Made by a program: the position numbers and the translations under genes. A stretch of 64,000 nucleotides of DNA, from contig CBDCFN010000016.1 of the NCBI GenBank assembly GCA_965216315.1, forward strand, positions 1,760,001 to 1,824,000. Direction: 5' to 3'. Position 1 is the first letter of the stretch; each line of letters opens with the position of its first letter. A model generated the notes under the pieces. The model was not told the DNA's origin and ran no database searches. It saw nothing but the letters and a program-made list of their open reading frames with translations. Source of the stretch: a bacterium (lineage in GTDB: Bacteria; UBA10199; 2-02-FULL-50-16; JAJFLM01). Positions 21,408 to 30,292 of this stretch are shown here, piece by piece.

Positions 21408-22555
21408 GCATAGCCGTAGTGATCCAGGGTGAGGCCATCTGGGGGGCATTCTCCCATGGGGCCCTGAATCAATTGACCCAACACCTTCAAGCCGCCGGCC
21501 ATGACGAAACGCCGTATCAATTAGCCGTCGGCAGTTCGACCGGCAGCCTTCTGGCCGCCATTGCATCACTTCCTCCTCACGCTCACGAAGAAACCCGCGC
21601 AGCTTGGATGGCGCTGGGTCGAGCCGGTACCGGCGTGCGCTCGCTAGGACGACGTCTACTACAGCGCAATTTTAGCAATCCGCATGAAGCGGCACTACAA
21701 TATATCATCGAGCATCAACTTCCCAGTGGTCGACAGCTCGTCAACATCAATGATGTTCTGACTAGTGACACTCTTTCGGTCATTGTCACCAGTGATTTTG
21801 AACTCACACAATTTCTAGACGCCACCGAAGCCGCCTTCAATCTAGTTGAACACGGTCTGCACCGTTTTCTTAAGAGTGACGAAACTCTCTCACCTGAAAG
21901 AATGAGCCACCTACTTCACACAAGTGCGAATCTGTTTGCGCCGCGTTACTTCGCCACGGGACCCTGGCCCGTAACCCATGCAGACGACGAACCGGAACAA
22001 TGGCAAATCATGCGAGATGAAGCCGAAGTACGAACGGCAATTGCGGGATCGACCCGTATCCCCCTCTTCTTCGGAGGCCCTGTCGGCCTTGGCAATAGTC
22101 GCCTCTTTGATGGGGCCTTTGCGGACAACGTCCCCGTCGAGCTAGCACTGCGTTATGGAGCCGAAGATGTCTTTATCATTACAAGCAGCCACCGAGGCAA
22201 TATCTATGAGCGCCCGGCACAGAGTATGCTGCAGCGACAAATACGGAATGCCTTAGGCGTCTCCGGTGCCCTCGCGGACTTCCTGACTTCGTCGGAGCGA
22301 ACCCGTGGCCTTGGCGAACGCTTGGGTCATCTGGGCGAACTGTGGAATGAGATCCCTAAGCCGCGTCCTTTGGACCTTGATGCCCTCCGCAGCGCCTACC
22401 CGAATCAGCGCATTCATGTCATCCACCCGCCGCGCAACACTCCGGGAGTCATGCGCTTTGGCGAGTGGCGCCCTGAAATCATTGGCGAGCTTTATGACCT
22501 AGGTACTCAAGCGACTGATCTACATGAAGACGCCATTATCTCGACTTCTTATTGA
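21404..22555 (+). CDS. Patatin-like phospholipase domain protein (paralog 2)
   Basis: VGSSTG, GST.IP, DGAFADNVP. ATGA overlap with paralog 1 and collinear similarity to it. Confidence 0.75.
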   Translation: MSIAVVIQGEAIWGAFSHGALNQLTQHLQAAGHDETPYQLAVGSSTGSLLAAIASLPPHAHEETRAAWMALGRAGTGVRSLGRRLLQRNFSNPHEAALQYIIEHQLPSGRQLVNINDVLTSDTLSVIVTSDFELTQFLDATEAAFNLVEHGLHRFLKSDETLSPERMSHLLHTSANLFAPRYFATGPWPVTHADDEPEQWQIMRDEAEVRTAIAGSTRIPLFFGGPVGLGNSRLFDGAFADNVPVELALRYGAEDVFIITSSHRGNIYERPAQSMLQRQIRNALGVSGALADFLTSSERTRGLGERLGHLGELWNEIPKPRPLDLDALRSAYPNQRIHVIHPPRNTPGVMRFGEWRPEIIGELYDLGTQATDLHEDAIISTSY

Positions 22556-23298
22556 CCGATTTCCGACAAGAACTTATCGAGACTCTCAATATATTTCTCG
22601 GCATCGGCATGGATGCCCCCGTGTTCCGTGCCTTCAAAAGTCACCATGCGCTTGGGATGCGGGGCGGCTTCATAGAGAATCTTGCCCATGTGATATGGCA
22701 CGACATTATCTTCCTTGCCATGCATGATTAACAGCGGCTCATGCAACTCTTTGATCAGATCAATCGATCGGTAGACATCGGGTGCCAAGCCGGAGATGAT
22801 CGAATAGGCGGACTTCGCCATATCTTTAATCGAAGTGAAGGTGCTATCCAAGATGAGAGCTGCGTATTTTTTCTTAGCAGCAACCTGCACCGCCATTGCT
22901 CCGCCAAGCGATTCCCCGTACAAAATGATATGATTTGGATCTATGTCGGATCGTGAGAGCACATATTCGTAAGCCGCTATCGAATCACCAACAACGCCAT
23001 TAAGACTTGGCGACCCTTCGCTGCCACCATAGCCACGATAATCGAAAATAAAGACATTCATGCCTAAACCATGAAGCAATTTTATTTTAGGCAGACGATC
23101 GCCTATATTGCCGGCATTCCCGTGATAAAAAATGAGGGTTCGGTTAGGCGGTCCTCCGGGAAAGAACCAACCATGCAATTTGAGTCCATCCGTGGATTCA
23201 ACAAAGACTTCCTCAAATTTCAGATCCCATTCTTGAGGATAAAGGGAGACAAGTTTATCAGGGAAAAAAATGAATTTGATGGCGAGCCAAGTGAGCAT
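22549..23298 (-). CDS. Alpha/beta hydrolase (ABHD13/YfhR-like)
   Basis: YHGNAGN, DYRGYGGS.G.P, GESLGG, HG..D.VVP, H. Confidence 0.9.
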   Translation of the reverse strand: MLTWLAIKFIFFPDKLVSLYPQEWDLKFEEVFVESTDGLKLHGWFFPGGPPNRTLIFYHGNAGNIGDRLPKIKLLHGLGMNVFIFDYRGYGGSEGSPSLNGVVGDSIAAYEYVLSRSDIDPNHIILYGESLGGAMAVQVAAKKKYAALILDSTFTSIKDMAKSAYSIISGLAPDVYRSIDLIKELHEPLLIMHGKEDNVVPYHMGKILYEAAPHPKRMVTFEGTEHGGIHADAEKYIESLDKFLSEIGQ

Positions 23299-23367
23299 AT
23301 TGGTCACAATGTTGCCACTATACCGAATCACAAGGGTTTTTGTATAGTTTTTGGAGGGCGTGATTCA

Positions 23368-24096
23368 TCATGCTTTTACCAGATTCTTCAAATTTGCGAC
23401 CTCCGTCGCGGTCAGCACCCGATATTTGCCCGGCTCAATCCCATCGACAGCAAGCGACCCGATAGCGACGCGGACTAGACGCAGCACCGTATGCCCGACG
23501 GCCTCGCAGAGACGGCGCACAATGCGATTACGTCCCTCGGTCACGGCAATTTCGAGCCAACAGTTGTGGGGATTCTGCTTGATGATTTGAGCGGATACGG
23601 CGCGTGCCGGGCCGTCCTCCAACGAAACGCCTTCCAGCAACTCAGTAAGCTTCTTTTTATCAATGAGGCCCTTTATTTTGACGTGATAAATTTTAGAAAC
23701 TTCCGATGAGGGATGTGTGAGCTGGTGTTGCAGTTCGCCGTCATTAGTTAGCAATAAGAGACCTTCCGAATCAAAATCGAGTCGACCGACTGGATGCAGT
23801 AATGTTGGTAGCTCTTTTAAATAGTCGTAGATCAAAGGGCGGTCCCCGGGGTCATTCCGTGCTACGAGCACATTGCGAGGTTTATGAAAGGCATAATAAA
23901 ATAGTGACGCCTTGCTGGGCAGAGGTTCACCGTCAACCGTAATTTTATCAGTAACCGAATCCGCCTTGGTCCCCGCCTCGGTTACAACCGAACCGTTGAC
24001 GCTCACCCGCCCAGCTGCAATCCATTGCTCCGCTTCCCGCCTTGAAGCCACCCCACTCTTCGCAATGATTTTCTGCAATCGTTCCCTAATGCTCAC
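23368..24096 (-). CDS. rluB: rRNA pseudouridine synthase (RsuA/RluB family, S4 domain)
   Basis: ERLQKIIA..GVASRR.AE, PVGRLDFDSEGLLLLTNDG, EGRNR.VRR. Confidence 0.9.
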   Translation of the reverse strand: MSIRERLQKIIAKSGVASRREAEQWIAAGRVSVNGSVVTEAGTKADSVTDKITVDGEPLPSKASLFYYAFHKPRNVLVARNDPGDRPLIYDYLKELPTLLHPVGRLDFDSEGLLLLTNDGELQHQLTHPSSEVSKIYHVKIKGLIDKKKLTELLEGVSLEDGPARAVSAQIIKQNPHNCWLEIAVTEGRNRIVRRLCEAVGHTVLRLVRVAIGSLAVDGIEPGKYRVLTATEVANLKNLVKA

Positions 24097-25033
24097 ACCC
24101 CTCAATATATTCTTTGTCCGCTAAAAATTCTCGCAAGCGTTTATGAAATAACTTGGGTTGTTCTAGCATTGGGTAGTGCCCGCATTCAGGAATGATAGCC
24201 AGACGCGCTAACGGAACTTCTTTGTGTATTTTCAACGCAAGATCCGCCGGAAGCAACGTATCGTCTTCACCCCAAACTACCAGCATAGGGGTTCGAATTA
24301 CGGCCAGTTCCCCATGCACGGTAAAATGCATGAGATTCGCGGCCGCATTCTGCAAAGTGTGGCGTATCAGTTTCCATTCCGGATCATCCGGTAGGCCTTG
24401 CGCATGAAAGATCATATCGAGCACCGCGTCCGTTCGTTGAACAGCGCATCGCTCCAGGCTCTTGGCCAACATGCTGCGAGCAAAAGGCGAACGTAACATG
24501 AACCCAGCTATCGTCCGCAACACACGATGTTGGGGGATACGTATCCCTGCAGGAGCAACAACCCCTACACGCACGACAGGACCTGGATCTTCAATTAAGT
24601 AACGTAGAACCGTGGCCCCTCCCAACGAATGACCGATCAAAGTCAATGCTTTCAAATCAAGTTTTTCAATGAGCTCTCGCAATATACGTGCATAGAAACG
24701 AATACTGTAACTCTCATGGCCCTTATCACTTTTACCGAAACCTGGTAGATCAACAGCCATCACGCGATAGTCAGCTGAAAGGTCCTCAATCGTTTGCGAC
24801 CACCGACCTATATGCGCCCCCAACCCATGAACTAAAAGCAACAGGGGCCCTGATCCTTTTTCGGTAATGCACACGCGTCCGCAGGATAACTCGACAAACC
24901 GCTCTTCTCCGACGTAAACACGGTCAGCAAGATTCGTATAGCAACGCCCTTCCATTTCATGTTCATCTAAGGGGCGTCCCGAAAAAAAGGCTTTGATCGC
25001 GTATGAAATGTGTTTTTGCTTGGGCGGCGCCAT
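24086..25033 (-). CDS. Alpha/beta fold hydrolase
   Basis: LVHGLG, DLPGFGKS, GHSLGG, WGEDD, CGHYPMLEQP. Confidence 0.9.
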   Translation of the reverse strand: MAPPKQKHISYAIKAFFSGRPLDEHEMEGRCYTNLADRVYVGEERFVELSCGRVCITEKGSGPLLLLVHGLGAHIGRWSQTIEDLSADYRVMAVDLPGFGKSDKGHESYSIRFYARILRELIEKLDLKALTLIGHSLGGATVLRYLIEDPGPVVRVGVVAPAGIRIPQHRVLRTIAGFMLRSPFARSMLAKSLERCAVQRTDAVLDMIFHAQGLPDDPEWKLIRHTLQNAAANLMHFTVHGELAVIRTPMLVVWGEDDTLLPADLALKIHKEVPLARLAIIPECGHYPMLEQPKLFHKRLREFLADKEYIEGCEH

Positions 25034-25147
25034 GCTTCTAAAATACCCGATTGCCTACCCATGTGGCAAGGGAAGGCTTATCATTTCAAGGACTTATAAA
25101 AGCACCCATCACTTGTTCTTGATCACATATCCCGGTATCGTCTGAGT

Positions 25148-25510
25148 ATGGGTCAGGAATGTATCTTATTAATTGCACATGGCAGTCGTGCCAACCTCGC
25201 GAATGAGGAAGTCGCCGCGCTCGCCAACCAACTTGCGGAGGAAACCGGCACTCATGTTGAGGTCGCGTTTCTCGACAAAATCGCCCAACCGAACATTCCG
25301 GAAATGATCGATAAAATTGCCGCATCAGGAACTCAGAAAATCATCGTGCTTCCCTATTTTCTTAATACAGGGATGCATGTTCAGAGGGATATCCCGGAAA
25401 TAGTCAGCGCAAGCCAAAAAAAATATCCGCAATTAGCAATCTCAATAAAAGAGCACTTCGGTTCAAGTGGCCACGTCTTGGAATTACTCAAGAAAATTCT
25501 AGAAGAATAA
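25148..25510 (+). CDS. cbiX: Short CbiX/SirB-type sirohydrochlorin chelatase
   Basis: LIAHGSR, AFLD..QP, LPYFL..G.H...DIP. Confidence 0.8.
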   Translation: MGQECILLIAHGSRANLANEEVAALANQLAEETGTHVEVAFLDKIAQPNIPEMIDKIAASGTQKIIVLPYFLNTGMHVQRDIPEIVSASQKKYPQLAISIKEHFGSSGHVLELLKKILEE

Positions 25511-25546
25511 AAAAGCCCCGGCGGGTTTTATCCCACCGGGGCCTTT
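25509..25546. terminator. Bidirectional intrinsic terminator
   Basis: GCCCCGG/CCGGGGC stem flanked by A and T tracts, between convergent genes. Confidence 0.75.
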
Positions 25547-25568
25547 CATGAGCATTTACGCTTCGAAC

Positions 25569-26717
25569 TTAGAAGTCGTAGTAGAACGCTCCAGCCACGC
25601 CATAGACATGGTACTTACCACCGGCAGACGCTTTACCAAGGTCATAACGACCTTCGATGGAGAAGCGTGCGCCATCCGTGATTTCGTAACCTGTCGCAAG
25701 CGTCAGGTCATGTTGTTGACCTGCGAATGCACCGGTACCGACACCAGCAACCATCGGGTTAGCAGGCACAATGCCTACGCCGCCCGCTTGGCCGTTGTCC
25801 AGATCCCAGAGGAAACCATAACGAAGGGTTCCATCCCAGATGTCGGAGAATGCATAACGGAACTGAAGAGTACCAGCCATATACTGGAAGTTCTCTGTTC
25901 CGGGACCACCGGCACTATTGTCCTGACGGTAGAGACCTTCAAGATCAATATAGAAGCCTTCGGTCACGTTAATGGCCGCAGCAAGGTCACCAGCAAAGCT
26001 GTAACCTTTCTTAGTGGCACGCTCAGGTCCGATCATACCTGTAAAACGGACCCAAGATCCTTCGCCAGCTTCGGCATTGGACCATTCCACGTTGAAACCA
26101 CCAGACGGCATATCCGTGGTGACACCAACGCCGGCATCCTGAAGATCATTGACGATAAAGACGTCAAGTGACCAATTTTCATTGAAGCCGTAGTAGAAGT
26201 TTAAACCGGTAATGTTGTGCGGTAACAGTGCACGGTGAATCGTGCTGAACGAAATCGTGCTCAGCTCGTTTCGATCGATAGGATCGAGACCGATACCACT
26301 GTTAAAGCGACCGAATAACAGCTCACCGCCGTTACCGATCGGCACGTTCACAGTCACATAAGCTTGCTCAACACCTACTTGACCCGCAGCAGGACCAACG
26401 CGGTTACCTGCCGGAGTAAAGTCGATATCAGCACGCAGACGGATATTTTCTCCGAACTGCTTAGCTAAGTCCAATTCCACTTCATCAACGAAGAAATGGA
26501 ACTGATCCGTGGTGGCCGCACCTGGAGCAACCAGACCGTCATTCAACAGTCCAGCGGCTTGACCTGGTGCAATGGCAGAACTCCCGTGGGTGCGCTGCCA
26601 ACCGTCAACGATATTCACGTGTCCAGAGATCTCAAGATCTCCTTCAGCACGCGCATCGCTCACGCCCATGAGGCCAGCCACGGCAACAACAAGTGCCATA
26701 GCTATGAATTTCTTCAT
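25569..26717 (-). CDS. Outer-membrane beta-barrel protein (putative porin, BBP2-like)
   Basis: Signal peptide, 'EQAYV', 'GRFNS.IG.D', alternating amphipathic strands, C-terminal YYDF. Confidence 0.8.
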   Translation of the reverse strand: MKKFIAMALVVAVAGLMGVSDARAEGDLEISGHVNIVDGWQRTHGSSAIAPGQAAGLLNDGLVAPGAATTDQFHFFVDEVELDLAKQFGENIRLRADIDFTPAGNRVGPAAGQVGVEQAYVTVNVPIGNGGELLFGRFNSGIGLDPIDRNELSTISFSTIHRALLPHNITGLNFYYGFNENWSLDVFIVNDLQDAGVGVTTDMPSGGFNVEWSNAEAGEGSWVRFTGMIGPERATKKGYSFAGDLAAAINVTEGFYIDLEGLYRQDNSAGGPGTENFQYMAGTLQFRYAFSDIWDGTLRYGFLWDLDNGQAGGVGIVPANPMVAGVGTGAFAGQQHDLTLATGYEITDGARFSIEGRYDLGKASAGGKYHVYGVAGAFYYDF

Positions 26718-27145
26718 GGAGTACTCTCCTTAAGTTTGATTATTAACACGCCTTAACTTTTGTAACACTGGGCCCGGTTAGGGTGGAACACCCGCCCCAA
26801 AGCCCAAACTCTTAAAAATTTTTTATTAGGTGCAGCGTAAAAAACCCCTCAAAACGGCCCGAATGGTTGCGACCGCCTCCTGAGAAGGTTCCAACTGAAA
26901 ATGATGCTTGCTACTGCCAACCCTAATTTGCCGGCTTAGATACAGAATATTCCCCCCCCTGTCAAGCTTAACTAGTGTTATCTCTTTTTAGCTTTCGGGT
27001 TAATCTTATACTAAAATAGCAATTAAATTAAGTAAAATTATACGACAATTACTGCATTGCGTCATAGCTTTTATTTTGCGCTCATTTCGTTCGGTAAAGT
27101 GAGAAATTGCGATTCGCAGGAAAAAGCTCTCGCTGATGAACGCCT

Positions 27146-27607
27146 TTAAAGACCCTTAACTTCGCATATCATATCAATCTCGACAGGCGCGCCCATGGGG
27201 AGCTCGACGACACCAACGGCGGCGCGGGCGTGCTTGCCAGCAGGGCCAAAGACCTCGACGAGCAGTTCACTCGCGGCATCGAGAACTTTATGCTGTTCGC
27301 GAAAACCGACGCCACTGGTAACATAACCGGTGATTTTGACAACGCGCGTCACTTTATCGAGCTTGCCAATCTCACTCTTTAAGGCAGCGAGGCAGTTGAT
27401 AATGCAGAGGCGCGCGGCCCGTCGGCCCGCCTCAAGAGTCAATTCGCGGCCTACCCGTCCCACATAGGCAATGCGCCCTTCTGATTTGGGTAACTGACCG
27501 CTGATATGAACAAAGCGGCCTGACTTGACCGCCGGTTTGTAATTCCCGAGGGCCTCGACTTCGGGTAAATCAATCTGAAGTTCTTGGATCCGCTTATCAA
27601 AACTCAT
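27146..27607 (-). CDS. RidA (YjgF/YER057c/UK114) family protein
   Basis: ISGQLP, VVKITGYV, FG..GKHAR.AVGV..LP..APVEI. Start coupled by ATGA overlap to the upstream gene. Confidence 0.9.
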   Translation of the reverse strand: MSFDKRIQELQIDLPEVEALGNYKPAVKSGRFVHISGQLPKSEGRIAYVGRVGRELTLEAGRRAARLCIINCLAALKSEIGKLDKVTRVVKITGYVTSGVGFREQHKVLDAASELLVEVFGPAGKHARAAVGVVELPMGAPVEIDMICEVKGL

Positions 27608-28332
27608 TTGGTCTTCTTTGCAAAGATGATGATCGCCAACGGTTCGCGGCGGTGTTTTTGGTACCAATTCTTATCTTCATCTGTTTCCATTAACTTGCGC
27701 ATCCCGCCATCGACAAAGATCTCGCGTATTTCAGTCGCCATAAGCCCTACTTTACTGAAAGCCCTAAAATACTTTTCCAATCCAATCCCTTCGGCCTCGT
27801 CAACGGCAGGACGCTGACGTACGGCCTCGAGAACCGCCTTACTATAGGGATGCCAGTCAATAATCGCCGCCCCCCCACCGGGCTCGATGATACGGCCCAA
27901 TTCCTGAATCAAACGGGATGTCGGAGCCGAGGGGATCGTCGGAGCGGACATAAGCGCCCAGCGACAACACCATTCTTTTAAGGGCAAACGATCCGCCATG
28001 GTTTTAAACCGCAGCTCGGTTTCATTAGGACTTCGTTGGGTACGAACTCGCCCCATATAACCAACTAAGACCTTGCCCGCACCCTTTTCTCTAAAGCTGG
28101 CGGTCAGCGGCGACCCGGTAAAAAGCAAGTGGGCGACAAACTTACCTGCAAAATCATCAGGTAAACGCGGTACAACCTCGCGCAATTGAATAACTTCAAA
28201 AAGCTCTCGCGATTTTGGTACTGAAAGACCGCCGGCAACCGAACGCGTTTCGGTAATTTCAGGCGCCTCGGGAATAGGTTTTGCCCTGGTAGCCGCCTTG
28301 GTTTCCTTTTTTCCAAATGGCCAGAGTCCCAT
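27604..28332 (-). CDS. Class I SAM-methyltransferase-like protein (degenerate motif I)
   Basis: 'ADRLPL', 'ELGRIIEPGG.AAIIDWHP' resemble MTase motifs; no clear GxGxG. Confidence 0.55.
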   Translation of the reverse strand: MGLWPFGKKETKAATRAKPIPEAPEITETRSVAGGLSVPKSRELFEVIQLREVVPRLPDDFAGKFVAHLLFTGSPLTASFREKGAGKVLVGYMGRVRTQRSPNETELRFKTMADRLPLKEWCCRWALMSAPTIPSAPTSRLIQELGRIIEPGGGAAIIDWHPYSKAVLEAVRQRPAVDEAEGIGLEKYFRAFSKVGLMATEIREIFVDGGMRKLMETDEDKNWYQKHRREPLAIIIFAKKTK

Positions 28333-28439
28333 TGTGCCGCCGACCTTACCGGAAAGCCTTTGACGGCACAACTCATTAACGCCCTGCAACACAGCCTCTA
28401 CTTGACGTGCCGAAAGCAGACAGATATTGTCTCTGTTTC

Positions 28440-29927
28440 ATGAACTTTAAACTCTCCACTACCAAGATCGAACAAAGCTCCGCTGCGTTGCTTGTTGTTG
28501 GCTCCGATGCCGCCGCTCCAAAGACCGGCTCTTCACTCGACCGTATCGACAAAAAATTGGGGGGTTCGCTCCGCAAAATTTTAAAAAACGAGGGGTTTAA
28601 GGGGAAAAATAGCGAATCTAAATTTGTTCATAGTCACGGCCCTTTAAAAGCTAATGCGGTTCTCGTCATTGGGTTGACCTACAAAGATGATGGCGACCTG
28701 CCGATGCATCCGCTCGAACAGCTCCGTCAGGCTGCCGCTGCTGCCGCACGACTCGCCAATCAAAAGAAATGTAAATCGGTCGCTTTTGACCTGAGTGCCT
28801 GGTCGGATCGCACTATTGATGAGGCGGATCAGGTTCAGGCCGTCGTGGAAGGCATGGAACTCGCGGTTTACCGATTTGAAAAGTATCTGAAATCTCAAAA
28901 GGTCGCCGTTCAATCAGTTGACATCTTTGGAGCTCACTCCAATACGGCCAATCGTCAAGCTATTACGCGGGGGCAAGCAATCGCAGAGGGGACAAAACTT
29001 GCACGCGATCTGGTCAATACCCCGGCCTGCGACATGACGCCTAAACGCATTGCCCAGGAGTCGCGGCGTATCAGAGGCATTAATTGCCGCGTATACAATC
29101 GATCTGAAATTGCGCGGCTTAAAATGAATTCTTTTCTTTCTGTTTCCTTGGGAAGTGAACAACCACCGGCACTCATTCATATGACCTATCGTCCGCGCAG
29201 CCGGACGAAGAAATCGATTGCTATCGTAGGCAAAGGCGTCACGTTTGACAGCGGGGGTCTTTCCATTAAACCAGCCGTTTCAATGGAGACGATGAAAGAT
29301 GACATGGCTGGTGCGGCCGCCGTCGTGGGTCTCATGGCGACGTTGTCCAAATTGAAACCGGACTGCACAGTCCATGGGATTATCGCCGCCACCGAAAATA
29401 TGCCCTCGGGGAATGCCGTCAAACCCGGCGACGTTGTTAGGGCGATGAATGGCAAAACGATTGAAGTTCTTAACACGGACGCCGAGGGACGCCTCACGCT
29501 GGCGGACGCTATTCATTTTGTGCTCCAGAAAAAACCGGACCTTGTCATTGATATGGCCACCCTTACGGGAGCGTGTCTTGTCGCTTTAGGTGAGCGCGTC
29601 TCCGGTATCATGGGTAATGATGATGAGTTAATCGACAGTCTCATTGAAACAGGTGATGCCGCGGGAGAGCTCATGTGGCAATTACCCCTCATCAACGAAT
29701 ATGCCGACCAGATTAAAAGTTCGATTGCGGATGTAAAAAATATTGGCGGACGTTGGGGCGGCACCATCACCGCAGGTCTTTTTCTCAAACAATTTGTCGA
29801 TGATACCCCCTGGGCCCATATCGACATCGCCGGGCCTTCTTGGACCGACAAACCGCTGCCCTATGCCCCGCGGGGTGGGACCGGTTGTCTCGTCAACACC
29901 CTCACCCGCTTCATCCTAGATTACTGA
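28440..29927 (+). CDS. pepA: Leucyl aminopeptidase
   Basis: GKGVTFDSGGLSIK, MKDDMAG, NTDAEGRL.LAD, ATLTGA, WAHIDIAG. Confidence 0.97.
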   Translation: MNFKLSTTKIEQSSAALLVVGSDAAAPKTGSSLDRIDKKLGGSLRKILKNEGFKGKNSESKFVHSHGPLKANAVLVIGLTYKDDGDLPMHPLEQLRQAAAAAARLANQKKCKSVAFDLSAWSDRTIDEADQVQAVVEGMELAVYRFEKYLKSQKVAVQSVDIFGAHSNTANRQAITRGQAIAEGTKLARDLVNTPACDMTPKRIAQESRRIRGINCRVYNRSEIARLKMNSFLSVSLGSEQPPALIHMTYRPRSRTKKSIAIVGKGVTFDSGGLSIKPAVSMETMKDDMAGAAAVVGLMATLSKLKPDCTVHGIIAATENMPSGNAVKPGDVVRAMNGKTIEVLNTDAEGRLTLADAIHFVLQKKPDLVIDMATLTGACLVALGERVSGIMGNDDELIDSLIETGDAAGELMWQLPLINEYADQIKSSIADVKNIGGRWGGTITAGLFLKQFVDDTPWAHIDIAGPSWTDKPLPYAPRGGTGCLVNTLTRFILDY

Positions 29928-30181
29928 CCGCACTTCGAGAATGACACATCTGCGGTGTTGAGTTCACTGCAAATTATTACCGGCTCTCAAATCAAGTGAA
30001 ATAGCACCTCTGCCGATTGTGCAGCCAAAAAACCCTTGAGCCACAAGGCTTTCGCAAGATGGGCCTGAACGGTTTTTTTTGACACAGCGCATCCCTACCC
30101 AACTCCCTGATTTCATAAAAGCATTGCCATTCTTGCCCGAGATCCTTCGACACGCCACGTCATTTACCAACACGGCTTGAC

Positions 30182-30229
30182 ACACTACATATTGTGGCTC
30201 TAAATGGCGCATACCACAATATGATGTAT
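30182..30229 (+). promoter_or_regulatory. Tandem NrdR boxes upstream of nrdJ
   Basis: ACACTACATATTGTGG (30182-97) and CCACAATATGATGTAT (30214-29), 32 bp apart, match the NrdR consensus acaCwAtATaTwGtg and overlap a TTGACA -35 at 30177. Confidence 0.8.
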
Positions 30230-30292
30230 CAACAGCTTATCGACAGGCTGTAAACAAGTTATAATATAAACATTAATCTGAGGGGGTTTTTC

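Noticed and set aside
25548..26171. 207-aa plus-strand ORF and the many other ORFs antisense to or nested in long genes (e.g. 31073-31735, 45697-46413, 47514-48257)
   Set aside because: They are shadow frames of well-supported genes, with no motifs or RBS.
26903..26920. Sigma-54 promoter for the porin (TGGCAG...AAGC)
   Set aside because: GG-GC spacing is one base short and the -12 element lacks TT.
30237..30262. ATAAC-N13-GTCGATAA (minus strand) driving ORF 29964-30212
   Set aside because: Short spacer, imperfect upstream half, and the ORF overlaps the nrdJ promoter and NrdR boxes with no protein-like features; not counted in the regulon.
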